DNA of 62,971 bases, counting the filler. It is 6 parts of 6 records of this genome, joined end to end, with 100 filler letters (N's around TTAATTAATTAA, not from the genome) between each part and the next. Parts side by side here need not be neighbours in the genome. Positions count along the whole stretch, not along the records: positions 9,338 to 24,662 come from DRR378314_2284; positions 24,763 to 40,608 come from DRR378314_2285; 4 more parts are not named here. One strand, 5' to 3'. Each line of letters starts with the position of its first letter. Within the stretch, counting starts at the first letter, position 1. Shown piece after piece: positions 22,962 to 32,051 of the stretch. A program made the translations under genes and the position numbers. The notes under the pieces were generated by a model. The model saw only the letters and a list, made by a program, of their open reading frames with translations. It did no database searches and was not told the DNA's origin.

Positions 22962-23605
22962 CGCCTGCCCCCATCATTGCCGCTCGCCGCAGGGCCGAGC
23001 AGAACGAAATCAGCCCCCGGCAGATGCGGAAATCCGCGAAAGTTCTGCGCATTGCCAAACACGTCCGAACACGTCGAAAACCTATGGTCACAAGCCAGTC
23101 TAGGAAACGCATCCACATTCACGCCGCAGCGTTCATCGCCCAGCACGGCGTCGCACTGGCGCGCATAGACCCGGCCCAGCGGGCGCTCGAACTCCGCCTT
23201 CCGGCTGACCAGCTGCGCTTCAAACCCGGCCTCACCGCGCGTCACGTCGCTCAGCCATCCGCTCCACACCGTCACGAACAAATCCGGCCGTTGCCAGTCG
23301 GCGCGGATCACATCGACGCGCGCGCCATCCCACTTGCCCACCGCCAGACCGGCTTCGGTGATCGCCTCATGCGACAACGCCCCGCCCGCCGCCGCATGGC
23401 CGGGCTTCAGATCAGCAGACTGCGCAAAGCTCGCCCCCTCCAGCGCCGCGCCGGACTGGTAGAGAATGCCACCCACCTCCAACGCCCGATCATGCTCCGT
23501 CACCGCCAGCACGAAACCATCCGCGCGCGTGATCCGCCAACAGAGACAGGTCGTTGCCGCCCCGCTGGCCAGACGCTCTGCAAATTCCTGTTCAATGATC
23601 CGCAT
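22958..23605 (-). CDS. GTA hub protein DUF2163 (g13), internally shortened
   Basis: TTCLCWRITRADGFVLAVTEHDRAL, CDAVLGDERCGV and the C-terminal NFRGFPHLPG. Confidence 0.9.
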   Translation of the reverse strand: MRIIEQEFAERLASGAATTCLCWRITRADGFVLAVTEHDRALEVGGILYQSGAALEGASFAQSADLKPGHAAAGGALSHEAITEAGLAVGKWDGARVDVIRADWQRPDLFVTVWSGWLSDVTRGEAGFEAQLVSRKAEFERPLGRVYARQCDAVLGDERCGVNVDAFPRLACDHRFSTCSDVFGNAQNFRGFPHLPGADFVLLGPAASGNDGGRR

Positions 23606-23610
23606 GATGC

Positions 23611-24228
23611 CTATCCGATCAACTCGACCAGAGGCACGCGCAGCGCCTTGCCTGCGCCAAAGCCTTCCAGCGTGATATCCAGCCGGTCGGTGTCGAACCG
23701 TACCGGACAGTCGAAACGATACCCTGCGGTCACCACCCCGCCCGGCGCTGGCGCGGCATCCAGCGTCACCTCCCCCGTCACCGCGTCCAGGCTGAACTCC
23801 GCCGTCACGCCATCCACGGCCACGAGCACGCTGCCTGCCACTGGCTTCAGGATGCGCCGTTGATGATCGCCATACGCCTTGACCAGCTGGAACCGCGTCG
23901 CCAGCCCATCGCCTGTGCCAATCCGCTGATCCGTGGCCGAGGGCATCTCCCCCGCCGCGCAGGACCGGTCATCCAGCGCGTCACGGAACCGAAACCCATA
24001 GAGCCGCCCGCCGCGCGCCTCGAAAAAGGCCACAAGATCCTGCAACGCGTCCAGCTTCAGCGCCGCGCTGCCGACATCCCATCGCCGCCGAGAGCCCGCC
24101 CAGACCGCATTGCGCACTTCCGCGCCGCTCACGAGCGTCACCACCTCTGTGCGCCGCTCCGGCCCGCCTGTCGCGGCCAGCGCCAGCGGCACGGGAAAGC
24201 TCAACTCATGGAAATTCGTCACACTCAC
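23611..24228 (-). CDS. GTA distal tail protein DUF2460 (g12)
   Basis: FHELSFP...GGPERRTEVV, FFEARGGRLYGFRFRD, AGYRFDCPVRFDTD. Confidence 0.93.
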   Translation of the reverse strand: MSVTNFHELSFPVPLALAATGGPERRTEVVTLVSGAEVRNAVWAGSRRRWDVGSAALKLDALQDLVAFFEARGGRLYGFRFRDALDDRSCAAGEMPSATDQRIGTGDGLATRFQLVKAYGDHQRRILKPVAGSVLVAVDGVTAEFSLDAVTGEVTLDAAPAPGGVVTAGYRFDCPVRFDTDRLDITLEGFGAGKALRVPLVELIG

Positions 24229-24602
24229 AGGAACCGCCCCCCGCCTGCCACGATCCGCGCCAGCAATGCGCTGAGTGATGCTTCGCTGTTTTGCCCGGAC
24301 TGCTCCGTTCCCGGCGCATAGTTCATGTTGAGCGTCACCGCCTGCTGCGCGCCGCTGCCCGCGCCTGCCATCGCGACAACACTTTCCGCCGCCACGCCCG
24401 CCAAATCTTTCAGGATGCTCTCGGCCATGCGTTCAAAGTCCAGCTCTCCCGCCCGCGCGGCCTGCCCCAACGCGGTCTCGATGCTCTGCCCAGCCTTGCC
24501 GAACGCCGCCTCCAGCGCTTCAGCCGCCTGCACGCCCGGCCCTTCGGCCAGATTGCGCAGCGCATCGCTGGCGGCGGTCAGGTCACTCTCAAAATCAGTC
24601 AT
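24225..24602 (-). CDS. GTA tape-measure protein (g11), very short
   Basis: Ala-rich helical protein (ALEAAFGKAGQSIETALGQAARAGELDF) ending LARIVAGGGRFL, immediately upstream of g12. Confidence 0.75.
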   Translation of the reverse strand: MTDFESDLTAASDALRNLAEGPGVQAAEALEAAFGKAGQSIETALGQAARAGELDFERMAESILKDLAGVAAESVVAMAGAGSGAQQAVTLNMNYAPGTEQSGQNSEASLSALLARIVAGGGRFL

Positions 24603-24662
24603 TAGTCATCTCTCTTCTGCTCACCCGAAAAGCCCGCGCCCTTGCTTCGACTTCGCTCAGCA

Positions 24663-24762
24663 NNNNNNNNNNNNNNNNNNNNNNNNNNNNNNNNNNNNNN
24701 NNNNNNTTAATTAATTAANNNNNNNNNNNNNNNNNNNNNNNNNNNNNNNNNNNNNNNNNNNN
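24663..24762. other. Artificial contig-joining spacer
   Basis: Same 100-nt N/TTAATTAATTAA/N linker. Abrupt shift from GC-rich to AT-rich sequence. Confidence 0.99.
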
Positions 24763-25903
24763 ATCGGATTGCTTCAAAATCAACATTTGTACTTAATGTG
24801 GTTGCGTAGTTTGCTGCAAGATTGTGTAGTTTTTGACTTAGCGCTTGGCTATCTACGTAAGCAAAAAAATCAACCGCTGATTGACCAAAATAGCTTAAAA
24901 AGGCCACTAAATCCTGTGTATTAGTATAGTCGCGAATAAACAAAGGTAAGGTATAAAACAATTGGTTATATACGGTCCAAAACCCGGTCAACACAGCCAA
25001 ATAAAGTGCGAAGTTGCGGTTACTCACATGCACCCGTTGCAAATACCATTTTGTAGTATTTTTCCTGCACACCAGTTTGTCCCACAAGCCATTTGTAACC
25101 AGCCAAATTGCAATGAGCGAAAACGCCTGCGGGTAACTTAACCAACTTACACCCGCGGTCATTAAAATAATTACACTCATAAATAGTAAAAGCGCAAACC
25201 GGCTATTTCCTAATACCTGTTGAGCTTGTTGTAAAACATGCCCAAGCCCTTTGTTATTTTGCGGGTCTTTTACTGTATCGCGATAAAAAATAAGTGGTAT
25301 GAAATTAATTAAAATCCACGCTGAGGACATGATAAATACTGCATCCCAGCTAATGGCGCGTAAATACCCCGCGACAAGCGGCCCAATAAACCCACCTAAA
25401 TTGACCATGGTGTAAAAAATACCAAAGCCCAGCCCACGGTTAGTGTCGTTTGTGCTTTGGCTTATGGTGCCCACAACCACAGGTTTAAAACACGCCGCGC
25501 CAAAGGCTACCAACATTAAAATCATAAAAAACGAATTAAAGTCAGTTACTTGACCTAAAAAATAATAACTGGGTGCCATTAAAATAAATGAGCAAAAAAA
25601 CATCTTTTTATAACCATACCTATCTGCAAGCGCTCCTGTGACAACTGGTAAAAGATATAAAAAAAACGGAATAATCCCCTGCACAGCGCCGCGCTGGGCA
25701 TCATTAAAGCCAACTCCGCCTTGAGCAATCGGGGTGGTCATGTACACCGACGACACAGCAAAAAAGCCATACCATGCTAAACGCTCAAATATTTCCATTG
25801 TATTAGCGATATAAAACGCTAGCCCAAACCCACGCCACCCTGTTTTGTTTGTGGCTATTTGCGAATGCTGTGCTGATGATTGTAATTGTTGATTATTATT
25901 CAT
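24763..25903 (-). CDS. MFS peptide transporter (POT-like; PdtP-like), 3' end cut by contig end
   Basis: POT ExxER motif MEIFERLAWYG, GALADRYGYKK, FKPVVVGTI and GFGIFYTMVNLGGFIGP. Confidence 0.85.
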
Positions 25904-25933
25904 AGTTTACTTTTCAAATTAAACGCAGTATTT

Positions 25934-25951
25934 TATATTGCATACAATATA
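25934..25951. promoter_or_regulatory. GntR/HypR-type operator TATATTGCATACAATATA
   Basis: 18-bp palindrome with one mismatch, in the 67-bp divergent intergenic region between the MFS gene and the lipoprotein gene. Confidence 0.7.
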
Positions 25952-25970
25952 CAAATAAAACAACCAGAAC

Positions 25971-28448
25971 ATGAAAAATTTATTACTCACATTTGTGGCC
26001 ACAGCACTTATAGCCTGCCAACCAACCCCTAACAATCAGTCTATTGATAGCCAAATCAGCGCTCAACATGCTGAACAAACAGCGACAAACTTAAATGTAG
26101 ATCTTAATGTACAAGGTTATACCAGCACATTAAAATCAATGGATGTTAAGTTTTTAGGCAAAACCATTCCCTATACATACAGTGATGGCAAAATTGGCAA
26201 TAGCCGAGGTTATGATTGGTGGATCAGTAAACATTTCGCATTAAAAAGTGATTTACCAAAAGAAAAAGTGATTTTGTATCTTGAGCTACTAGAAATGGCC
26301 TATCCACATTATGTGGCTCTTTTTGGTATGGCGCCCCCCAATATTGAGCGTCAACGTATTGCTGTTGTGTATGGCAGCTCACGATCCAGAGTGCGAGAAG
26401 CGATGCTAGATGATGGCTTTTTACGTGGTGTTCATAAAACTGCAGGTGGCGAAACCATGTTTTATAATCGCGCGGGGTATAATTTCCCAAGCCACCGCGA
26501 ACACCATCAACGTTATATTGTTATTCACGAAACCATGCATGCATTTCACATGGCACTAAACGGCCACTCAACATGGGCGCCTAATTGGATCACTGAAGGG
26601 TTAGCGGATTCTGTTGCCCATCATGTTTACGACCCAGAGCAAAAACAACTCACCGTTATGGTGTTTGACCGAGCCCCAATGAACTACATTGAAACGGGCC
26701 TTGAGCAATACTACAGTGCAAACAAGCCTACTATTGAACAAATAAATGACGACCCAGCTTTAAAGCGCGGCCTTAACTTTTTTATTGTGCATTACCTTTT
26801 AAGTTCACCCGAACGTGCTCAATACTTTGGCTACTTCGTTGAACAACTTCGCTTGGCTAACCCGCACAGTGAAGCAACACTTTCTACCGCCAACACCTTA
26901 CTCAAAAAAACCTTTAAAGACTGGCAAAAGATCGAGCAAGGGTTCGCTGATTTTGTACAATCAATCCAGCCTAGCTTTCACATTGTTAATGGTCCGTGGG
27001 AGCAAAACGGCAACGCATACTGGTTACGAAACACTGATGCAACAAAATTATCACGACTAGACATCAACCCATCAGTGCAAGCTACTCACCCTGTTATGGA
27101 TTTTCCAGCGCCGGCTAAAAATAATTTAATCACAGCAAGTAAAAAGAACAACGTTTCTGTTCTGCTTAATTTTGAACCTGCTCAATTAAACAGAGGCGAA
27201 ATAGGCTTTGCTTTACAAGGTCAGCGCAGTGAACAAAACCAACAATTTCGTGCCTCGTTTATTGGCAAGGAGAACCCCCAAGATGATCAGTTACTTAAAT
27301 TTATTGTTAAAGATGCCCAGCGCTTAATGATTAGTGCAAACCATATAAAAGGTTTTAAATCACAAAGCATTGCACTTTCACCTGCGACAAAAGCCGCACT
27401 TGTACAAAATCATACTTTAGGGCTTAACCTTAGTTTAACTGATACCCAAATAGCCATGGCGTTAAACGCAGAGCTAGATAATAATGTGATCGAACAGCAT
27501 TTTACTTTGCCACTTAATAGCACACAGTTAAATAAATTTAACGCACAAAAAATAAGCCTGTTAAGTAAAAACAACAACCATACTGTGACACCTTACTTAT
27601 ACACTCATCAATCAGCCAACACCCAACCAACGGCTACTGCGACACTAACAAACCCGTGGCTATTTAATGGCTATGATTTACTCGAACGTGTATTTAAAAC
27701 GTGCCAACAACACAGCATGCAACTTAAAAACTGTGATGAAGAGTTGAGTCAATTGATGGCTAAAATACCCAAAGCTAATTTACATTCCGAAGTGCAAAAT
27801 ACTCTGATCAAGGTTGCTCAAAGTTATCAAAACACGCTCAGTCACAATGGGCTTAATACGCTATCAGGCGTACGTAGTGCAATTGAATACCACCATGCAA
27901 AACCCTATCTAAACGTGGAAAACCCCAGTGAATTTGATGTAAAACTCTCTGCAAAAGTTGAACTGAAATCACGCTCTGGTCGTGTCATTGACATTGCTAT
28001 GTTGGAGCAAACTCTGACTCCCGGCGTTCACACCATTACACTGCCACATGATGAAAACGCACACACAATAATCATCAACCAAACGCTGTATTGGCAATCG
28101 CTTGTGGCAAATGCAACATTACAAAATACGGTGAAGCCATTTAACGGGGTTGAGTTGAATGTCTCTCATCAAAAGAACAATGACGGAAATTGGTTATTTA
28201 AAACGGGACTAACAGGGCCTTATTCAGGGAAAACGGCGGGAAAAATCACGTTACATACCACTGCGTTTAATCAACTCAGTGCAAACAGTACACAACAACA
28301 TGAGGTGGTCATTGCACCTTATGAGCAGAAAAACTATCAGTTTGAAGTACCAATAACAACTCAACCACAACTTATCACCATAACGGCGCTTTTGGATGTC
28401 GATGGTGAAGCAATTCGTTTAATAGAAACGGTTAATTTAACTAAATAA
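25971..28448 (+). CDS. Uncharacterised lipoprotein with gluzincin-type zinc metallopeptidase motif
   Basis: Lipobox LIA-C, HETMH, then PNWITEGLAD. The long C-terminal region looks beta-rich. Confidence 0.75.
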   Translation: MKNLLLTFVATALIACQPTPNNQSIDSQISAQHAEQTATNLNVDLNVQGYTSTLKSMDVKFLGKTIPYTYSDGKIGNSRGYDWWISKHFALKSDLPKEKVILYLELLEMAYPHYVALFGMAPPNIERQRIAVVYGSSRSRVREAMLDDGFLRGVHKTAGGETMFYNRAGYNFPSHREHHQRYIVIHETMHAFHMALNGHSTWAPNWITEGLADSVAHHVYDPEQKQLTVMVFDRAPMNYIETGLEQYYSANKPTIEQINDDPALKRGLNFFIVHYLLSSPERAQYFGYFVEQLRLANPHSEATLSTANTLLKKTFKDWQKIEQGFADFVQSIQPSFHIVNGPWEQNGNAYWLRNTDATKLSRLDINPSVQATHPVMDFPAPAKNNLITASKKNNVSVLLNFEPAQLNRGEIGFALQGQRSEQNQQFRASFIGKENPQDDQLLKFIVKDAQRLMISANHIKGFKSQSIALSPATKAALVQNHTLGLNLSLTDTQIAMALNAELDNNVIEQHFTLPLNSTQLNKFNAQKISLLSKNNNHTVTPYLYTHQSANTQPTATATLTNPWLFNGYDLLERVFKTCQQHSMQLKNCDEELSQLMAKIPKANLHSEVQNTLIKVAQSYQNTLSHNGLNTLSGVRSAIEYHHAKPYLNVENPSEFDVKLSAKVELKSRSGRVIDIAMLEQTLTPGVHTITLPHDENAHTIIINQTLYWQSLVANATLQNTVKPFNGVELNVSHQKNNDGNWLFKTGLTGPYSGKTAGKITLHTTAFNQLSANSTQQHEVVIAPYEQKNYQFEVPITTQPQLITITALLDVDGEAIRLIETVNLTK

Positions 28449-28458
28449 CCCCCATTAA

Positions 28459-28492
28459 AACGCTCTTTACTATGAAAATAGCAAAGAGCGTT
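28459..28492. terminator. Stem-loop/intrinsic terminator after the lipoprotein gene
   Basis: AACGCTCTTTACTAT-GAAA-ATAGCAAAGAGCGTT: 15-bp stem with one mismatch and only a weak U tract. Confidence 0.65.
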
Positions 28493-28619
28493 CATTTAAA
28501 AAGTGCACCTGTATAATTTTTCTACTGTGTAGGTAATCCCCACCTCACCTATGTGCATAACGCTGCACAACTACCCAAAAGTAATAACAAAATTACTGTT
28601 AAATCCACTTTTTGATTTA

Positions 28620-28659
28620 TTGATTTTGACACCCGTTGCGGATATGATAATGGCTATCA
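28620..28659 (+). promoter_or_regulatory. Sigma70 promoter overlapped by a Fur box
   Basis: TTGATT (28620)-17 nt-TATGAT (28643). TGATAATGGCTATCA (28645-28659) matches the Fur 7-1-7 consensus at 12 of 14 positions. Confidence 0.75.
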
Positions 28660-28685
28660 TTTACAATTACATTTGGATCTCTTTC

Positions 28686-29498
28686 ATGAATGCATTATTT
28701 AAATCAGCAACTACCTTGGGTGTTAGCCTTCTTTTAGTGTCGACCTTTGTTACACAGCCCGCTTTTGCCAATGGTCCAATCGGTGAACATGTAAATCACC
28801 TGCAAGCAAATATTAAAGATTACTCAGAAGAAGTTGAGTGGATGATTGCTAAAGTAGACACATTAGTAAGCAACTATGAAACTAAAGGTGCAAAAGCAGT
28901 AAATAGCGATGATTTAATTGAATATTGGGAATCAGTTAAATTTCACAGTGCAATTGAAACCAATTATGTACCTGTATATGCATCAATTTGGCAAAGCCTG
29001 TATGGCATCAAAATGGCAATTGATAACAACAAGCCTGCAAGCGAAGTGCGCACTCAACAAAGCGCATTAAATGCAGCTTTATGGCAAGGACTTGGTGCAG
29101 TTAAATTGGCGGCAAAGTTTCAACAAAAAGGCGTATTAGATGCCGTAAAAACTACCGCAACAGAAAACATGACACAAAGCGCTACAATTGATGAAATCAA
29201 ACACAAACTTGACCGTGTAGTTGCAAAATATGCGGAGCGTTTAAGCGATGAAGCGACTGCCATTGTACACGACACCTACTTACACCTTTTTGAAGGTGTT
29301 GAAGGCACATTGATTGAACAAGATGCAAACCTTGTTGAAGTGCTTGAAAAAGACTTTAACGTTACATTACCAAAAGCTATTTCAGATAATAAAACAGTGG
29401 ACCAAGTACGTGATGTTATTACCGATATGCAAACTAAGCTTGACCGCGCTAAAGCGCTAATAGAAAAAGCTGAAAAAACACGCAAGGATGTTTTTTAG
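28686..29498 (+). CDS. Secreted helical protein resembling FTR1/EfeU-associated extracytoplasmic domains
   Basis: Likely start MNALFKS at 28686 with a signal peptide (PAFA|N). Motif TYLHLFEGVEGTLIEQDANLVEVLEKDF. Its stop overlaps the start of the SBP gene. Confidence 0.65.
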   Translation: MNALFKSATTLGVSLLLVSTFVTQPAFANGPIGEHVNHLQANIKDYSEEVEWMIAKVDTLVSNYETKGAKAVNSDDLIEYWESVKFHSAIETNYVPVYASIWQSLYGIKMAIDNNKPASEVRTQQSALNAALWQGLGAVKLAAKFQQKGVLDAVKTTATENMTQSATIDEIKHKLDRVVAKYAERLSDEATAIVHDTYLHLFEGVEGTLIEQDANLVEVLEKDFNVTLPKAISDNKTVDQVRDVITDMQTKLDRAKALIEKAEKTRKDVF

Positions 29499-30538
29499 TG
29501 AATCGCAGAACCTTTATACAAGGCCTTGCTGCGATGGGGGCAATGGGTGCACTCCCCTTGCCACTGTCTCAAGCTTTTGCCACCACTGTTGCAAACCCGG
29601 TTTCAGTCGAGGATTTACCCAAGCTTAGAGGGGCACTCACACTTTATTTAGGCCGCGGTGAAGGCGGATTATATGAAGATGTGCTCAAAGCAATCGAAAA
29701 AAGGAACCCTGATCTCAAACTCGCAATACGTCGCGGCCCCACTGCCGCGTTAGCAAATACCATTGTTGCCGAAGCAAAAGCAGGCATTAGGCGTGCCGAT
29801 TTATTTTGGGCTGTTGACTCAGGTGCAATTGGTTTAGTCTCAGACGCAGGCCTTGCACAGCCAATGCCCAGCGATTTGGCAGCGCAATTACAACCGCAAT
29901 TTCGCTACAAAGATTGGGCACCCGTAACAGGAAGAGTGCGTACTCTGCCTTTTAACACCGAAAGGCTAACGAAAGAACAAATTCCTACAAGTATTATGGA
30001 TATTGCAGACAGCAATTTAAGCATAGGCTGGGCACCCGCTTATTCTTCATTTCAGTCATTCGTTACTGCAATGCGCTTACTTGAAGGGGATGATAAAACC
30101 GTTAAGTGGCTTAAAAAAACCAAACAGCGCGCCAAAACCTATGCGGGTGAGTTAGGTGTTGTCATGGCTGTTGAGCGTGGTGAAGTGGATATTGGTTTTG
30201 CCAATCATTATTACACCTTACGATTAAAATCAGGGAAGCCTGATGCTAAGCTTGATTTAGCCTTTACTGAGCAAGATGCAGGCTGTTTAGTTAATGCTTC
30301 AGGTATTTTGGCTTTAAATCAAGATCCACTGGCAACCAACTTTATGCGTTACTTATTAAGTACTCAAGTACAAAGCTACTTAGCCCAAGAGGCCTATGAA
30401 ATACCTTTGGTTAACGGTGTAGCGCAACCAGAAGGACTGCCTTCTTTAGCGACTATTTCACCACCAAAAATTGATTTAACTCAGCTAGCTGATTTACGAC
30501 CCACCATAGATTTGATGCGAAATAGCGGCGTACTTTAA
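29498..30538 (+). CDS. Fe(III) ABC substrate-binding protein (FbpA/FutA-like) with Tat signal
   Basis: NRRTFIQG twin-arginine signal, ADLFWAVDSG, FANHYY and EIPLVNGV. Confidence 0.85.
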   Translation: MNRRTFIQGLAAMGAMGALPLPLSQAFATTVANPVSVEDLPKLRGALTLYLGRGEGGLYEDVLKAIEKRNPDLKLAIRRGPTAALANTIVAEAKAGIRRADLFWAVDSGAIGLVSDAGLAQPMPSDLAAQLQPQFRYKDWAPVTGRVRTLPFNTERLTKEQIPTSIMDIADSNLSIGWAPAYSSFQSFVTAMRLLEGDDKTVKWLKKTKQRAKTYAGELGVVMAVERGEVDIGFANHYYTLRLKSGKPDAKLDLAFTEQDAGCLVNASGILALNQDPLATNFMRYLLSTQVQSYLAQEAYEIPLVNGVAQPEGLPSLATISPPKIDLTQLADLRPTIDLMRNSGVL

Positions 30539-32037
30539 TGCGATTACCAGCCTCCTACCCGATGGCGCTGCTTGCAGCGCTTATCACACTGACACCTGTT
30601 TTTATTTTAATTACGCTGGCCTCTGATGCCAGTTCTTTTTTTGATAGCCATCATTTAACCATACTTGGCAATACCTTATCTTTAATGCTACTAACCGTAC
30701 TTGGCTCAATTTTAATTGGCGTACCGCTGGCCTTTATAAGTGCCTATGTTGTGCTGCCATTTAAAAAGTTTTGGCTTGTTTTTTTTGCCGCCCCGTTAGC
30801 TATTCCAAGTTACATAGGCGCATTTACCTTGTATGCTGCATTTGGCACAGGAGGAGAAATACATAACCTCCTCGGTATTGAGCTCCCTGCTATGGATGGC
30901 TTGAGCGGTGCTGCGATTGTTATGACCTTATACACGTTTCCTTTTGTGATGATGACGACGCGTTCTGCCCTGCTCAGCCTTGATGCGAGCATGGTTAATG
31001 CGGCTCGTACGTTAGGTATGTCGATGACGCAAAGTGTATTTAAGGTCATTTTACCCCGCGTAGTGAACGGTATCGCTGCCGGTTCATTACTCGTTGCCTT
31101 ATATACACTCTCTGATTTTGGCACCCCAGCCATGATGCGACTTGATACATTTACGCGCGTAATTTATGTTGAATACAATGCGTTTGAGTTAAGCCGTGCT
31201 GCCATGTTGTCTTTGCAGTTAATGGTCATTGTTGGCTTTTTATTACTGATTGAATCACAAATAAAAACAGCCAGTGAACGCCATGGTCGCCCCTTAATTT
31301 TACTCCCAAAAAAATGGCAATTAGCCGCAATGTTTGCCACTTTTGCACCCATCCTTTTGCTCGCAATAGGCCTGCCTTTAGCAATTTTTGCACTTTGGCT
31401 CGCTCGCGATGGCTTTAACAGTTTTGATTTTAGTATTGCGTGGCACTCTGCTTACGCCTCTGCCATTGCTGCGGTGGTTGCTGTTATTGTTGCCATTCCG
31501 GTTGCTCATGCCGCGCTATCAGGAAAAGCCGGCAAAGTGATGGAACGCGTGACTTATTTTGGTTTTGGTATTCCGAGTATCGTGATGGGCACCGCGCTGG
31601 TTTATGGGGGCTTACAGTTGCCATTTTTGTATCAAACACTGGGGCTATTGATTATTGCCTACATGCTGCGTTTTTTACCTCTGGCGGTGGGTTCGGTAAG
31701 AACTAGCACTGAACACCTTGACCCTAGTTTAGTTAACTCTGCCAGAGTGCTTGGCGCAAGCCCCCGTGAAGCTTTTACGCGTATAACATTACCTTTGACA
31801 ATGCGTGGTATTGTCGCGGGTGCTGCTCTGGTTTTTTTAGAGTCAATGCGCGAATTAGAAGCCACACTTTTACTTGGCCCTACGGGGTTTGAAACCCTCT
31901 CAACTTATTTATGGCGAGTCTATGAAGCGGGCTACTTTGGCCGCGCTGCTATACCTGGATTATTACTAGTGGTGATTTCTGCGTGTGGCTTAGCTATTAT
32001 GATGTCTGGCGAAAAACGCCAGCAGCTCGATCATTGA
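30538..32037 (+). CDS. Fe(III) ABC permease (FbpB-like, fused double domain)
   Basis: Two EAA-like loops (NAARTLG, NSARVLG), LSDFGTP and PTGFETLS. Confidence 0.9.
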   Translation: MRLPASYPMALLAALITLTPVFILITLASDASSFFDSHHLTILGNTLSLMLLTVLGSILIGVPLAFISAYVVLPFKKFWLVFFAAPLAIPSYIGAFTLYAAFGTGGEIHNLLGIELPAMDGLSGAAIVMTLYTFPFVMMTTRSALLSLDASMVNAARTLGMSMTQSVFKVILPRVVNGIAAGSLLVALYTLSDFGTPAMMRLDTFTRVIYVEYNAFELSRAAMLSLQLMVIVGFLLLIESQIKTASERHGRPLILLPKKWQLAAMFATFAPILLLAIGLPLAIFALWLARDGFNSFDFSIAWHSAYASAIAAVVAVIVAIPVAHAALSGKAGKVMERVTYFGFGIPSIVMGTALVYGGLQLPFLYQTLGLLIIAYMLRFLPLAVGSVRTSTEHLDPSLVNSARVLGASPREAFTRITLPLTMRGIVAGAALVFLESMRELEATLLLGPTGFETLSTYLWRVYEAGYFGRAAIPGLLLVVISACGLAIMMSGEKRQQLDH

Positions 32038-32051
32038 GGATATAAATAATC

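Larger units (their letters stand above)
18903..24662 (-). mobile_element. Distal part of an RcGTA-like gene transfer agent head-tail cluster (g11-g15)
   Basis: Conserved order g11-g12-g13-g14-g15 with overlapping or abutting genes. Proteins are Ala/Gly/Val-rich. No integrase or replication genes flank the 3' end. Confidence 0.88.

Noticed and set aside
19149..23863. Long plus-strand ORFs (638, 399 and 382 aa) antisense to the GTA genes
   Set aside because: Shadow ORFs expected from high-GC codon bias. They are Arg/Pro-rich with no motifs.
18903..24662. Interpretation as a prophage
   Set aside because: Gene set, order and composition match RcGTA-like clusters, and housekeeping genes follow directly. 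The head genes are outside the contig, so this is not fully excluded.
28551..28685. N-terminal extensions in the ORF track (this ORF, also ccmE 10465-10686 and LuxR 14465-14638)
   Set aside because: They overlap promoters or neighbouring genes. Downstream ATGs give the expected signal peptide or domain start.
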